A program made the translations under genes and the position numbers. This document shows, one piece after another, positions 38,801 through 49,000 of a DNA stretch of 64,000 bases. The first letter of the stretch is position 1; each line of letters begins with the position of its first letter. The notes under the pieces are model-generated. The model was not told where the DNA came from. It worked only from the letters and a program-made list of their open reading frames with translations, and made no database searches. Origin of the DNA: Psammoneis japonica (taxonomy: Eukaryota); contig QPGO01000096.1 of assembly GCA_008632985.1 (NCBI GenBank), positions 1 through 64,000 on the forward strand, written 5' to 3'.

Positions 38801-40478
38801 TGATAGTAGTAAACGAAACACGTATCGCTGCATTTCTGAGAAGATGGCACTCGGAATGGAATTCCTGCAATTGCTCCCTCACTCTAACTTTCTGTTCGAC
38901 CTGAAAGCACCAACCGAAGAGCTTCAAGTGGAGCAAGCGCAAATGCTTGATTCATTTATGAAAGGTACCAAGATGCTGAAAAGAAAGCATGGTTCAATCT
39001 CAGCTCGCTTCTTTTCTGTTTCAGAGCAGAAAGATCTAGTTGCATCAATCATTCCACAGCATGCTTTGGACGCCCTTCAATCTGATCCTTCCATAAGCCA
39101 ACTGCAATATTACGTCAACGTTCCAACTTCGTTGGCCTGTTCTCAGATATATTCATGGATAAAGAACAAGGAAAGCTTTCTGAATAAAAACATTCTTGGA
39201 TGTTTCGTCGTACTCAATCATGCTCGAATGGAAAAGAGCTGGGATTCGTTTGTCAAAAGGAATCGGGTTCCACTCGATGTTGACACTCTTGATGGGGTGC
39301 TACCAAAGAAGATTTGCGATGTCCCGAGAAAACAAACAGAGCCCGATCAGCTTTTATGGAACACCGGTTTCAGGCATTGCGTCAACGAAGGATTTGAAAT
39401 AGTACACCATCCATTTTCTTTCCCAGTTGAAACCGATTTGAAGGCGATACCGATGCTGGAGGCTATTCCCAATTTTGATGAGAACACTTTCCAGACAATT
39501 CAGTCCCTTCTGACGAATGCAATGACAGATGACATCTGGCTTCGATATGTTTCTCATTGGGGATACGTCTCTCCATCCAGCTGGTCAACACGGCGTCACT
39601 GGTGGTTCGAAGGGAACAGAACCGTGGCTTCAATTCCACCTGGAAGCAACGAGGATGCAGTTTTTCGCTGCGTTACGAAAGTACTAGTCGTTATGCTCTT
39701 TTTTCGATTGGAAGAGCTCAAGCTGATAAGCCTTGACGATGTGGTTTTGGTGGACGAGAAGCAGAAAACCACTTGGAGGCATATCTTCTCCAACAAGGCC
39801 GGTGTCGAAGAGAGTGACGAGAAGAGATCTTTTGTCTACTCGAACGCAATGTGGACATATGTAAGCAAATCAATTCACACTGCAACTAACTTGCACTTTG
39901 TGAACGCAATGCAGCACTACATCTTGGATCCAATGGGAATTGCGGGCTCATTCGATACGAAAACATCATACCCTCCTTATACCGCCCGTGGTTTTGTCGG
40001 CCCACTCGATGATCTGCTACTCATAGGAAGCACGTTGGCAAGCCAGGGAGTGTCGTCGAAGACACGCAAGCGAGTCATTTCCGCCGCGAGCGTCAAACTT
40101 ATGCTACGTGACTCAACCGCAGGAGTGAAAGGTTCGTTCTCGAAAGACGTTGTAGTGGCATCGATGAAGCGATTTCGCAATCCCAGTGATACTTTCAATT
40201 TCACCCATGGAGTTGTAGATGGATACGGTATGGGACTATGGCGAGTGAAGGGGTGGCGCTCAGGCCCGTTGGGTCAACCGATTCGCGGATGGCTTTCAAT
40301 GGGAAGTAGTGAGGCTCTGGTTTACTTTGACACGACTGGTCTGGTTGTGGCGATGCATGCCTCACGGCAACTGCGGTATGAATTGACTTCTTCATTTGCC
40401 CAGGTAGTCCGCGGTGTTGGAGAACATATTTTGAAAGGGTTGCGCCTCAATTCTGACAATGCTGCTTTGGTAGGGTGA
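35865..40478 (+). CDS. Multidomain fusion: SLC35A-type nucleotide-sugar transporter + LicD/fukutin-like nucleotidyltransferase + degenerate GT71-like region + GDPD-like + beta-lactamase-like domain
   Basis: Single uninterrupted ORF. NST: IYAIYNNL...FDPTTYLVLSSSRLVMT. LicD: YFLTAGTLLGFVRE...DKDVDF. GT71-like: GRGIV...LELYH...IIFLQDPLNL. GDPD: IDLALTKDRRLVAIHND, FDLK. Beta-lactamase fold: FRCVTK, ISLDD, TWRHIFSNKAG, FVYSN, ILDPMG, GYGMGLW. Confidence 0.8.
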   Translation: MASIEAPSHNNGRSCGCSARSRACVIILTYTVLWVLHYLLVHFSSTGSQLGNIKPALLILAVEMLKFAFAGGLLAANTKAQMGTVKTLLNRLPIMQSLLKAYLPIAAIYAIYNNLMIVNLRYFDPTTYLVLSSSRLVMTSFVWQWVFQQKVTPVHCGSLTLITIGVLIKGLVPAMINHEEDREQFTLQHSCHVLLVLAQMVLSVVGSVYNEKILKERANKDPHLHNACLYLNSIVINAGIVFFTVPSTTAIADMIKATCSSASGLGIILTLASVGVVTSLFLRYVDSVTKAVASAAETALTAVIGHFVFGYEMTPLASVSVVLIFLGSYLYARPQQSCLHSNRRGALKSGIRKARLWYMGVLVVSAHVACIVRTSIHMNSRFLPASKVPTTVMEKEQWLGLLSDSVVSPNEMPSCRNPKLAKEVDPRGHKSAAFEAAIQAFQEIDADYFLTAGTLLGFVRECRNFDKDVDFVVSLDWLKKENNSKVLDHAFHTKGFKKKKVFPGVDGTEKSLGGEIVFLLNSARVDLFVGTYSPSYYVNGVSLFNWTLACPKPMSSVEDFIYGNLTVRVPMPYHDVLLALYGDDYMVPKIRFGEQWEDKAFRYISEGRCVVVREGDKPELNTTEVASRNGRGIVACLTDRASVAHALALVDGMSELVAPPRLELYHIGALSYFLKAQFEKHSFVTVTDLTSGPLKSLLSKADKTDEELATHCHRAAIRMSKLRYIVLLRPSIIFLQDPLNLVRTTEFYHMYHLRNSSCPVGAYVTATDWELAESIRPLTKGLASDALCLVRAAYNHSTPSIESKSSSQSLAFVHEAAHRIGLWAYPSIENPLWIRHHMDTEKSHMVLNTNRKNGTVFLPQEYQDSLLSSWRRYLDATATIMMDRPIDWVAFDGGFHFNVGTLNSIAAAKKSTTLGSSIVNIDLALTKDRRLVAIHNDNSFCPFEYQGSSLSKPVSSMRFVEARKHTNPCIPEDMSRRWLDSSKRNTYRCISEKMALGMEFLQLLPHSNFLFDLKAPTEELQVEQAQMLDSFMKGTKMLKRKHGSISARFFSVSEQKDLVASIIPQHALDALQSDPSISQLQYYVNVPTSLACSQIYSWIKNKESFLNKNILGCFVVLNHARMEKSWDSFVKRNRVPLDVDTLDGVLPKKICDVPRKQTEPDQLLWNTGFRHCVNEGFEIVHHPFSFPVETDLKAIPMLEAIPNFDENTFQTIQSLLTNAMTDDIWLRYVSHWGYVSPSSWSTRRHWWFEGNRTVASIPPGSNEDAVFRCVTKVLVVMLFFRLEELKLISLDDVVLVDEKQKTTWRHIFSNKAGVEESDEKRSFVYSNAMWTYVSKSIHTATNLHFVNAMQHYILDPMGIAGSFDTKTSYPPYTARGFVGPLDDLLLIGSTLASQGVSSKTRKRVISAASVKLMLRDSTAGVKGSFSKDVVVASMKRFRNPSDTFNFTHGVVDGYGMGLWRVKGWRSGPLGQPIRGWLSMGSSEALVYFDTTGLVVAMHASRQLRYELTSSFAQVVRGVGEHILKGLRLNSDNAALVG

Positions 40479-41286
40479 CTGCTTGTCGAGAGTGATAGAG
40501 GGAAGTTGTCGATTGGGAATACGATTTGTCTATTGTAGCGCTAGTGTTGTTTCGAGAGTCAACGTGTCTGACAGAATCTTCTACGTACCGATTCGTTCAA
40601 AGCGAACAATGAATTATCCTTGAGCATTCAATAATCAGAAGCTCTGCAAAAAGTATGGATGTGGTGTTGAATATTTAAGACGGATGCTGTCGCAGTTAAG
40701 GATCGTCCACATTTTCCTCCGCTTTGTTTCGAGCTTTTGCGTAGTCAATCTTGCATTTTGATTATTGATCTTTGGTACCTGTATAAGCGTGAGTGCTAAA
40801 CATAGAAGGACTCCTCTCGTCTACGTGAGTCTCCTTTCGGGTCTAGCTAGGTGCCTGAAAAGTGTAGCTCGTGCATTTGATGAAATGAGACTTCTATCGC
40901 GTTTTAATTTCTAAACTCTTCCGCCCGCTGTTATGCTCTGCCATCGTGCTCCCCTGAAGAAATAGAAACCAACACCCAAACCGCAAAATTGAAAAATCTA
41001 AAAAAAGTGAGGGGGGTGCGGTATACCGTACCGCCCGTACGGTATGATGGCGGAGCATGTTGAAGTACCGTTATAAAAGAATCCTCACATCTGAATAATA
41101 TATTTAGCGACGAGACGTGAAGCGGATGCCGCGGTGTTGCGTGTTGTGCGTGCATGCGTGCCATCATCCACAACACTACTGTATGAATACCCACAACAAC
41201 AAAACTGCACAGACGAAGAATCAGGGGAAGTGAGTGTGTTAAGTTGTGTTCCCCTTTCCCCTCTACGAGTACTGAGCATAAGAACA

Positions 41287-42356
41287 ATGGCAAGCACCTT
41301 CTACCTTCCCGATTGTCTCTCCCGAGAAGGGCGTATGGTGTTTTACAAGAAGTTTCGCGTGCCCAAACTTTTTCGGTATGCCAAGAATCTTGAGTGGAGC
41401 AAGATTTGTAAGCGCTGTCAAGAACACCCTCGAATAGCGGCAAAGGAAGCGGGCTTTCAGCACGAGTACGCTCCCAACGAGACTCCTTTACACGTCGTAC
41501 TGCATCCGTTTTTCTTACTTGGGCACGTAGTGGAAGAGACGCAAGAGAGACAAGATGTGGAGAACTTGGTTCAAGAACGGCACTTGGCTGCCGCTGCTTT
41601 ACTGCGTGCCAACAAGGACGCTTGTATGAAAACGTGCTGTCTTGGAACATGTCCTCTTACTTTAGTTGCTATGGATCCTTATGGATTGATTGAAGACGTA
41701 GATATGCTTCTTTCATCCAACCAAAAAAGTGCCCTGGTACAAGATCTGGAAGGACGCACTCCTCTTCATTATGCGTGCATTAACAATCGTTCCAATGAAT
41801 CCATGATACGGGCGATACTGCGTGCTTGCCCGAAGCAGTCATGTTGAAAGAAAAACAGGAAAGACTACCATTACACTATGCTTGTATGGCAAGTGTTAAT
41901 CCCGCAGAGGTTACTCGATCAAACGCGATTGCTTTTGGCTTTGAAGAAATGCTCGCCAAGCAGACAAAGCCTATTTGCACTCGTTCGGTCGTTTCACTTT
42001 TGCTCGACGAGAATGATAAGGCTGCGTGTGTTTTAGATAAGGAAGGAAAGGCGCCCCTTCATCACTTGTGTCGATACATACAAACACTTGAAAGCAAAAG
42101 GGCAGAGGTTCTCGCAACGACAGACTTGGTTGCTGTTTTATGTTTGCTCGTGGAGAGGAATCCAAAAGTTGCCCACCAACCAGACAAGGATGGATTTGAA
42201 CCGATGAATATAATTCGTGAACTGTGTGACGAGTTAGGCCCACAGTTTCCAAATGCCGAGAAGTCTAATGAAGAGCAAAACGACCAAGAACTACAAGCAG
42301 CACTACGGAGAGTAGTGAATGTCGTAGGTGGGAGAGATCCTCGTATAGCGCAGTGA
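41287..42356 (+). CDS. Ankyrin-repeat protein (frameshift near 41830)
   Basis: NETPLHV, GTCPLTL, EGRTPLHYAC, ERLPLHYAC and EGKAPLHHLC. Confidence 0.85.
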
Positions 42357-42540
42357 CGACTTCGCCCGATTGTAGCTTTGTTCGCACAAACACTCATGGA
42401 CGCTCACAATCACAACGGGCGGAACCAGTGGCATTCGCCATCGTCGTTCAGATCGCTTGATTCATCATCAAGAGTGTGGAAATTGTAGACAGTACGTATC
42501 AAGTTAATTAAAATTTGTTTCTTCATCAATGATCAACTCG

Positions 42541-44268
42541 CTAGGCTGCTGACACAGTTTCGGCAGACTTAGAAACTGGAGCGCTTTCCAGGTATTCCTT
42601 GACCGTCTTTGCATGATTGTATCCAAATGTAACGCAGTCTGGGAAAGCCACACCAGTTCGGTAGTTTCCGCAAATCCACAAGCCAGAGATTTTGGATTCT
42701 GCCTCTTCCAGTTCCTTTATAATTTCTGAATGACCCAATTCGTACTGGGGAATAGCCGTCGGCCAAAGTTTGAGTCCAATCACCTTTGGCTCGGGGGCAT
42801 CAGGTTTCAGCAGCACCTGTCGACAGCCCTTGTCGACTTCTGCAATGAGCTCTTCTTCGGAGAGGTCAGCAATGCCAGTGTCGCGGGATCCCCAATGTAG
42901 TTCAGCAGGAGGTTGTAATCCTTGGGAGCACGTCCTGGAAAAAGAGACGAACTCCAAAGTGTTCCTAACGTTCTCACCCCCTCGGTACGAGGATTCAGAC
43001 TTCCAAATCCAGGAAGGTCCTGCAGATTTCCAAACCCATTGGGTAGCTCGACATCTTTGAAGGACGACTTTGGGTATGCGACAGTTACAGCTGCAACAGG
43101 AGGGTAGTAAACACCGATACGATTAATCTCAGTGCGGACCTTGTCTACCAGACAGCTGGCTTCCGGAATGACAGGATCCAGGACTTTGCCCAGCGCGTGA
43201 GCAGGAGCAGTTGATACAAAGCTCTTTGCAGAAACCTTTTTGACTCCTGAGGGAGTGTCGTAGGTGGCCACAAAACCTTCCCCGTTTCTACCCTTTTCCA
43301 ATTTGGTCAGTTTCCACTGCAACTTAACTTTGTCGCCCAATTCCTTCTCAATGGCGTTAGGAAGTGTCGAAAGTCCTACTTAAAGGATCCCGGATTTCCA
43401 TACTCGAATTCGGGCCATTCTGGAGCCGGAGGATCGGCTTTGCGCTCTTTGGTGAGTTCGATCTGCCTCTTGAGACCGCCGTAAAAGATTGCACCGAATT
43501 TGTTCCAATCAATCGAATACGAAATATCTTCAATTCTCGCAATTTTCGGCAAGGCTGATTTCATTGAAAGGGTTTCAGGATTACCGGCATAGACTCCAGA
43601 GACAAATGGATCAATGCATCGCAAGAATACTTCTTCCCCAAGAATTCGCGTCACCCATTCCCGAATAGTCTCATCCTTGCCCTCGGGAGCTGCGGCGTGC
43701 CCAAGAAGGCACCAATTCCAGCACGAATCTTACCCGGCCAGGACAATAATTCGCCCAAGAGAGCAAACTTCAAAACACCATTTGGCCCAAACACAAGTTC
43801 GATTTGTCCAGCAGCTCCCTTTCCTCCTTGTCCCTTTGGGAGAGGATGAAGCTTTCCGTTGTGATTGACCCAGGGCGGCAGAGCTTCGTCGGCAAACACC
43901 AATTGATCCGCAATACCCAGTTCGTATGCTATGCGAACAATACTTGGCTGTGTCGCAAAAGAGTTCGGTCCCTCCTCCCAGATGAATCCATCCTCTGTCT
44001 TGTGAGAAATGACATTGCCGCCGAGGTAATCGCGGGCCTCGGTCAATAGGACGTTTACTCCCTGACGATTCAGGTTGTGTGCAAGCGTTGACCCCGAAAT
44101 ACCTCCACCCACCACGATACAATCGACTTCTTCCGGAGACTCGGATTGGACACTGCTGAATAAAGTTGTTTCCATCCGTCGACTTGCAATTGTTCTCGGT
44201 GGAGCAAATGCAGCTGCTCCATCAAATGCTAGCGTGAGCAACAACAAACTTAGGATGGGCTGTTTCAT
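42541..44268 (-). CDS. PPOX: Protoporphyrinogen IX oxidase (HemY/PPOX type), plastid-targeted
   Basis: Signal peptide plus AAA-FAP. VVGGGISG, WEEGPNSF, DPFVSGVYAG, RTLGTLWSSSLFPGRAP, AIPQYELGH and GNYRTGVA. About three 1-bp frameshifts. Confidence 0.93.
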
Positions 44269-44749
44269 TTTTTCTATTTTGCCGTCAGATAAAATGACAA
44301 AAACTTCTTTGTCACCAACCGGACTATAACTTCGGACCTAACGTTGGAAGAAGGATAGAAGAGAGTAAAAACAAAGATCCACGTTGAATAGCCATCTCTC
44401 GCATCGCACACCTCCGCCGTCGCTTTGTTGGTGGCGCATCATGGGGATGCGTGCCAAAACCTCAAGTTCCGGGTGCTTTTTCAACATCATGATGGCGTCA
44501 CCGGATATCTACTCCCGGCCGTTAGTAGGTACCGTACAAACGAAAGGAATCGATGAACCATAGCACATCGGCTCCTCAAGATGAAAGATTACTACAAAAT
44601 CAGAGAGAGGATAGTAAAATTCAAATTTGTTAGCTCTGGTAGCTCCATGTTCAATTTACTAGCTCGATCAATTTGGGATTTTCAAAAGAGTTCTAAATTG
44701 CATTTGCGCTACGCTAGCTCTCTCGTTATTGTTACATGTAATTAGCTTT

Positions 44750-45462
44750 TTATAGTTTTTGCCATGCATTTCCGTCTGGGAACATGAGTTTCCCATTCTT
44801 GAAATTGGCAGGCAAATCTTTCGGACCACCCTTGGGGCTAAAATCGATAAAAGGTATCCCTTTTGGCTCTTCATCTTTCCCACAAGTTCAAGGACTGGAC
44901 TGTCTGGATCATCTTGCAGCTCAACACACACCTTTCCGTCTCTCAATACCTTGACGACACGGTAGCCCTTCGGGTGCTGCGGGTCGTTGTACACGCCATC
45001 AATCCCTTTGGCCTTGGGCCACACATTGCCATCCGAAAACATTATCTTGTCATTTTTGAACACGCCCTTGATGTCCTTGGGACCTCCCTTTGGACTGAAA
45101 TCAATCTTGAGAGCGACCTCACCCTTCTTCTTGTTCACCTTGGCGTTGGCTTTCAGAGTGAAAATCTCCCCCTTTGGTTCGTCTTGAAGCACAACGACAG
45201 CTCCCTTCGGAGTCTCTCGCACTACCCGGAAACCTCTTGGGTGATTAGGATCTGAATAAACTCCAGAGTAGGAAGTCGTTGTCGCCACATCTTTTGCAAA
45301 AGCCGGGGATGCAGCAACCAACGGGGCCAACGCGATGCCGGCAAGAATGTCACGGCGAGACGCCGCTTGCAGCGCAACCACAGAGGCTTTCGATGAAGCC
45401 GAACGTGGTGCAAAAGCAGACGCGGTAGCCGCAAATGCAAAGAGAAGAGAAAACGATCTCAT
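44750..45462 (-). CDS. Thylakoid-lumen-targeted protein with two copies of an approximately 80-aa domain of unknown function
   Basis: ASAFAP presequence, then SRRDIL...AFA (twin-arginine lumen signal). Duplicated GVYxDPxHPxG(F/Y)RVV...IDFSPKGGPKD...DGNxW. Frameshift near 44850. Confidence 0.8.
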
Positions 45463-45786
45463 GGTTTCAAATGTGTGTCAAAGTCAGCAATGACGGAGTC
45501 GGATCCCTCGGTTGGTGTGTTGTGATGTATGTACTGTACTGAGTCACACCTCCTTTTGTGGTGGGCGAGGTGGCGACCTGAAAATGTGAGTGGAACTGAC
45601 TCATGATTCGTGAGTGGGTTGAGTCCCGACTGGCACGGGATTCGATGAACCCTTTGAGTCCCGAATCTCGAAATTGAATCAGCCAGCGCAGTCGTCATCG
45701 CGAGCTTCTCCAGCATCAGTGGTTTTCCGTACCGGTACCGGTATGGTAGTGTACAGCGATACACGAGAAAAGGTGGACTGAAGCCT

Positions 45787-45787
<1 letters not shown>

Positions 45788-45823
<36 letters not shown>
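45788..45823. repeat. (AG)n microsatellite
   Basis: Uninterrupted AG run of about 18 units. Confidence 0.95.
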
Positions 45824-45825
<2 letters not shown>

Positions 45826-46077
45826 GCGTCCTGTCACCAAGTCACTCATGCTAGCAACAAACTGACTTGGCGTCGCGCGTCAAGGGAAAGAGAAGTTACC
45901 AGAATTTTCAAGGCACTCGGTAGTTTCTTGCAAATATCCGGCCTCAGAGCACTCGACAAAAGAATATCCTGTGCTTCTAGCTATATCAAGAGGTGCCGTA
46001 CTGTAATAAAAGGTGGTTGAAAGCGTCATTTTGCCATAGCCCGTCAGACGAACCGCGTTTTTAAGCTCCTTAATAAA

Positions 46078-49000
46078 CTACGATGACTGATCCTCCGACA
46101 ACCACTGTCGTAATGACTTAGCAATGGCTTGAGTATCCTTGTGCTCAGGTCCAAAAAGCATTGTGTACATCTCTAGAGCTTCTCGTAGATGAGAGATGGA
46201 TTTGATGTGCGCATCCTTTCCTTCAAGCTGCCGGTAAATGGTTGCGCATTTGATGTGCGCTTTGGCCTTCTCCGTCGCGAGGCAGTCGGGCTGTTTTCGT
46301 CAACCTCATTCAGCAACATCACGTACATTTCCAGAGCACCCTCAATATCTCCTTGCTTAAGTTTGAGAGATCCAATGCGTCCCAAGGCTGCAACCAAATG
46401 CTTGTTATGAGAATGAGACCGGCCGACGTCTCCAGACGAAGATTCTAGTTTCTTTTGCGCTGCTTCATGCTCACGCAAGCCACGGACACCCTCATTGTAA
46501 GATTCGATTGCTCCGTCCAAATCACCCTTCTTCGACTTGATTGACGCAATGTTCAAATTAATCAAAGTGACATCGTACATGCATTTGAGCTCAAACTCGG
46601 GGTCCTTCACGGTCGAGGGTTGCACGGCGGCGTACGTCGCCTTGGCAGACTCGTAATGTCGCAGTGCCTCGTTCATACGCCCATGTTTCGCCAGAAGAAT
46701 GGCGTAACTGTTGATGGCCTTCGCGACAGATGCATTAGCCTCTCCGTAAACAGCCTTCTTCATAGCCACAACTTCAAAAAACTTCTCTTCCGCCTTACTC
46801 CATTCTCCAAGCTCAACCAAAAGACTTGCCATATTCTGCGCATTCGCGATCGAATCAAAATGCAGAGAGGCCTCACACGCGTCGTATATCCTTGCTGCTT
46901 CACCAAACTTCAAGAGAGCCACTCTCGTTTCTCCAAGTTTAACCATGGCCTTAGCGACCGAGTGCAAAGATCTTGCAACTTCAATATGAAACGGTCCCAA
47001 CAAGCCGCGATAGATTCCAACAGCCTCTTCCAGACGCAACATAGCGTCCCGTGGTTGACGGCATTTGAGTAATCCCTCTCCCACGCAGGATAGACAAATT
47101 GCCATTGTGAGTGAATCAGACGATCCAGAGGCTGCGTTGGCGACACGATAAACTTCGTCAATTACAAGGTGCGAACCCTCTCGTAAGACTGCAACAGCAT
47201 CAACATTGATGTTATCGGCAAAATCCGAAATCGTCGGAGATTCTGGAGAGTTAGGGGTCAGTGGTGCGTCGTGACCGTGAGTTGGTGAAGCTGGCGCATC
47301 AATCGCATTGCGTTTTGACTTCTTTGGACTGGAAACAGAAGCTTGGCCACCAGCATGCGCTGACTTGCCAACCACACGACGTAATTCCAAAAGGTCGGCC
47401 ATGTGTCTTCTTGTTCCCTCAATTGCTCCAAGCGCGGCCACACGTCGGCTGATAAAATGACTATCGACAAGCAATTCTGCCGTAGCTGGAAGAGCCTCGC
47501 TTGCATAAGATGGTCGGCACAAATGCAGCCATGTATTCCTCCAGCTTTTCACCACCGTCGACAGATAGTATCCCTGATCTTGTTTCTTCGTAAGAGTCTG
47601 TAACAGCACTCTGGGAGATGCTACCTTTGATGTCCAGCAGTGAAGCTACAACGAGTTCGTGTACTTGGCGCTCGTCCATGCCGCTGCCTTGACCGCTGTT
47701 CGCCAACTGTCTAGCGAGGTATCGGAACGGCGCAGACCACAGTCGTCCAGATTCGAGGCTCGCCTTTTCGGCCTCAATTTCGTCGGCAAACGACGTAAAC
47801 TCGTCTGGTTCTGGCAAAAAGGATTGAGTGCTTCTTCCCGCCATTTCCTCCGCGATTGCTTTAATCTGAAATTGGAAAGAACAACAAAAATCAACTGTTA
47901 GGGACTTGACGTGACTATCCTTCGTAACGAACGTATACGCATTCACTTACCGAGTCCTGCATGACAAATGAAGGCGTCTCGAGAACACTATCATGGATTG
48001 ACGTATGATGGCGACTCAACGAGAAATCCTGAAGACTGTCATCAACGCTGACGGGTCCTCCAGACGGGTTCAACGTTCCAGTAATGGGTTCGTCCATGGA
48101 TGTGTTGGGACTATCATCGTCAGCGGCTGCGGAGGCGGTAATGGCTCCCGAAATCCCGTGTCGAGCGCGTTCCATCAAATGCACAGCTCCAGCATCTCGA
48201 GAACAAATCGAGGAGACACTTCTTGTTCGCTCGAAGTTATGACCGTCTCAAACAGTCGAAGCACCACGGCTTGCGGAATACCTCTCCCCAGCAATACCCA
48301 GTCATTGTCATGAAAAGCCATGGCAAACATAACAAAGCACCGTCTCATCGAAGCACGGACAACCCTTTCTTCGGTCGTCATAAAGCTGAGTCTACAATTC
48401 GACCAGCGGAATTTACAAAGCTGCGAAGCCGCGACGCTTCTTCCAAATTGAGCTTGCACTGAGTCATGAGTGATGTCCACGTCGGCGACGATAAATTCCA
48501 GTTGCGATTACTACGGCGCAACATGCCGCCAGCAATGCGGACAGCCAGAGGCGAGTTTCCGCATCCCTTGACAATGACACGAGCTTGATTAAACACGGCA
48601 GAGTTCTTTCCGCCATAAGGGCGTCGTCCGGCAGACGAGAGGAGGAGTTTGACAGCTTCTGGTTCTGAAAAGATTCGGACAAACACTTCCTGGACTACTC
48701 CGGCTCCCAGCAACGCCGGCGTGCGTGTCGTCAAAAGAATTCTGTACGGATACGGTTCATCTGCTGCTGTCGATCCAAGGGAGCGGCGACTATTGGGTCC
48801 GCTGTCTGGAGATTTCGTATCAAAGATAAACCATTTTGCATCCTCTACTCTCCAGACATCGTCTAAACAAATCAAGACCTTGCGTTTTGACAAGATTCGG
48901 CCAAGATCTTCCTTGATACCATCAAGATCCCCATTGTGAAATCTCCTGCGACTCTCTGCGAGCTGTCCAAAGATCGAGTACCGCACAGCCTTGTCATCTT

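Noticed and set aside
40805..40851. Helitron-like 3' end (imperfect hairpin followed by CTAG) downstream of the fusion gene
   Set aside because: The stem is poor, CTAG is common in local intergenic DNA, and no matching 5' end or helicase is visible.
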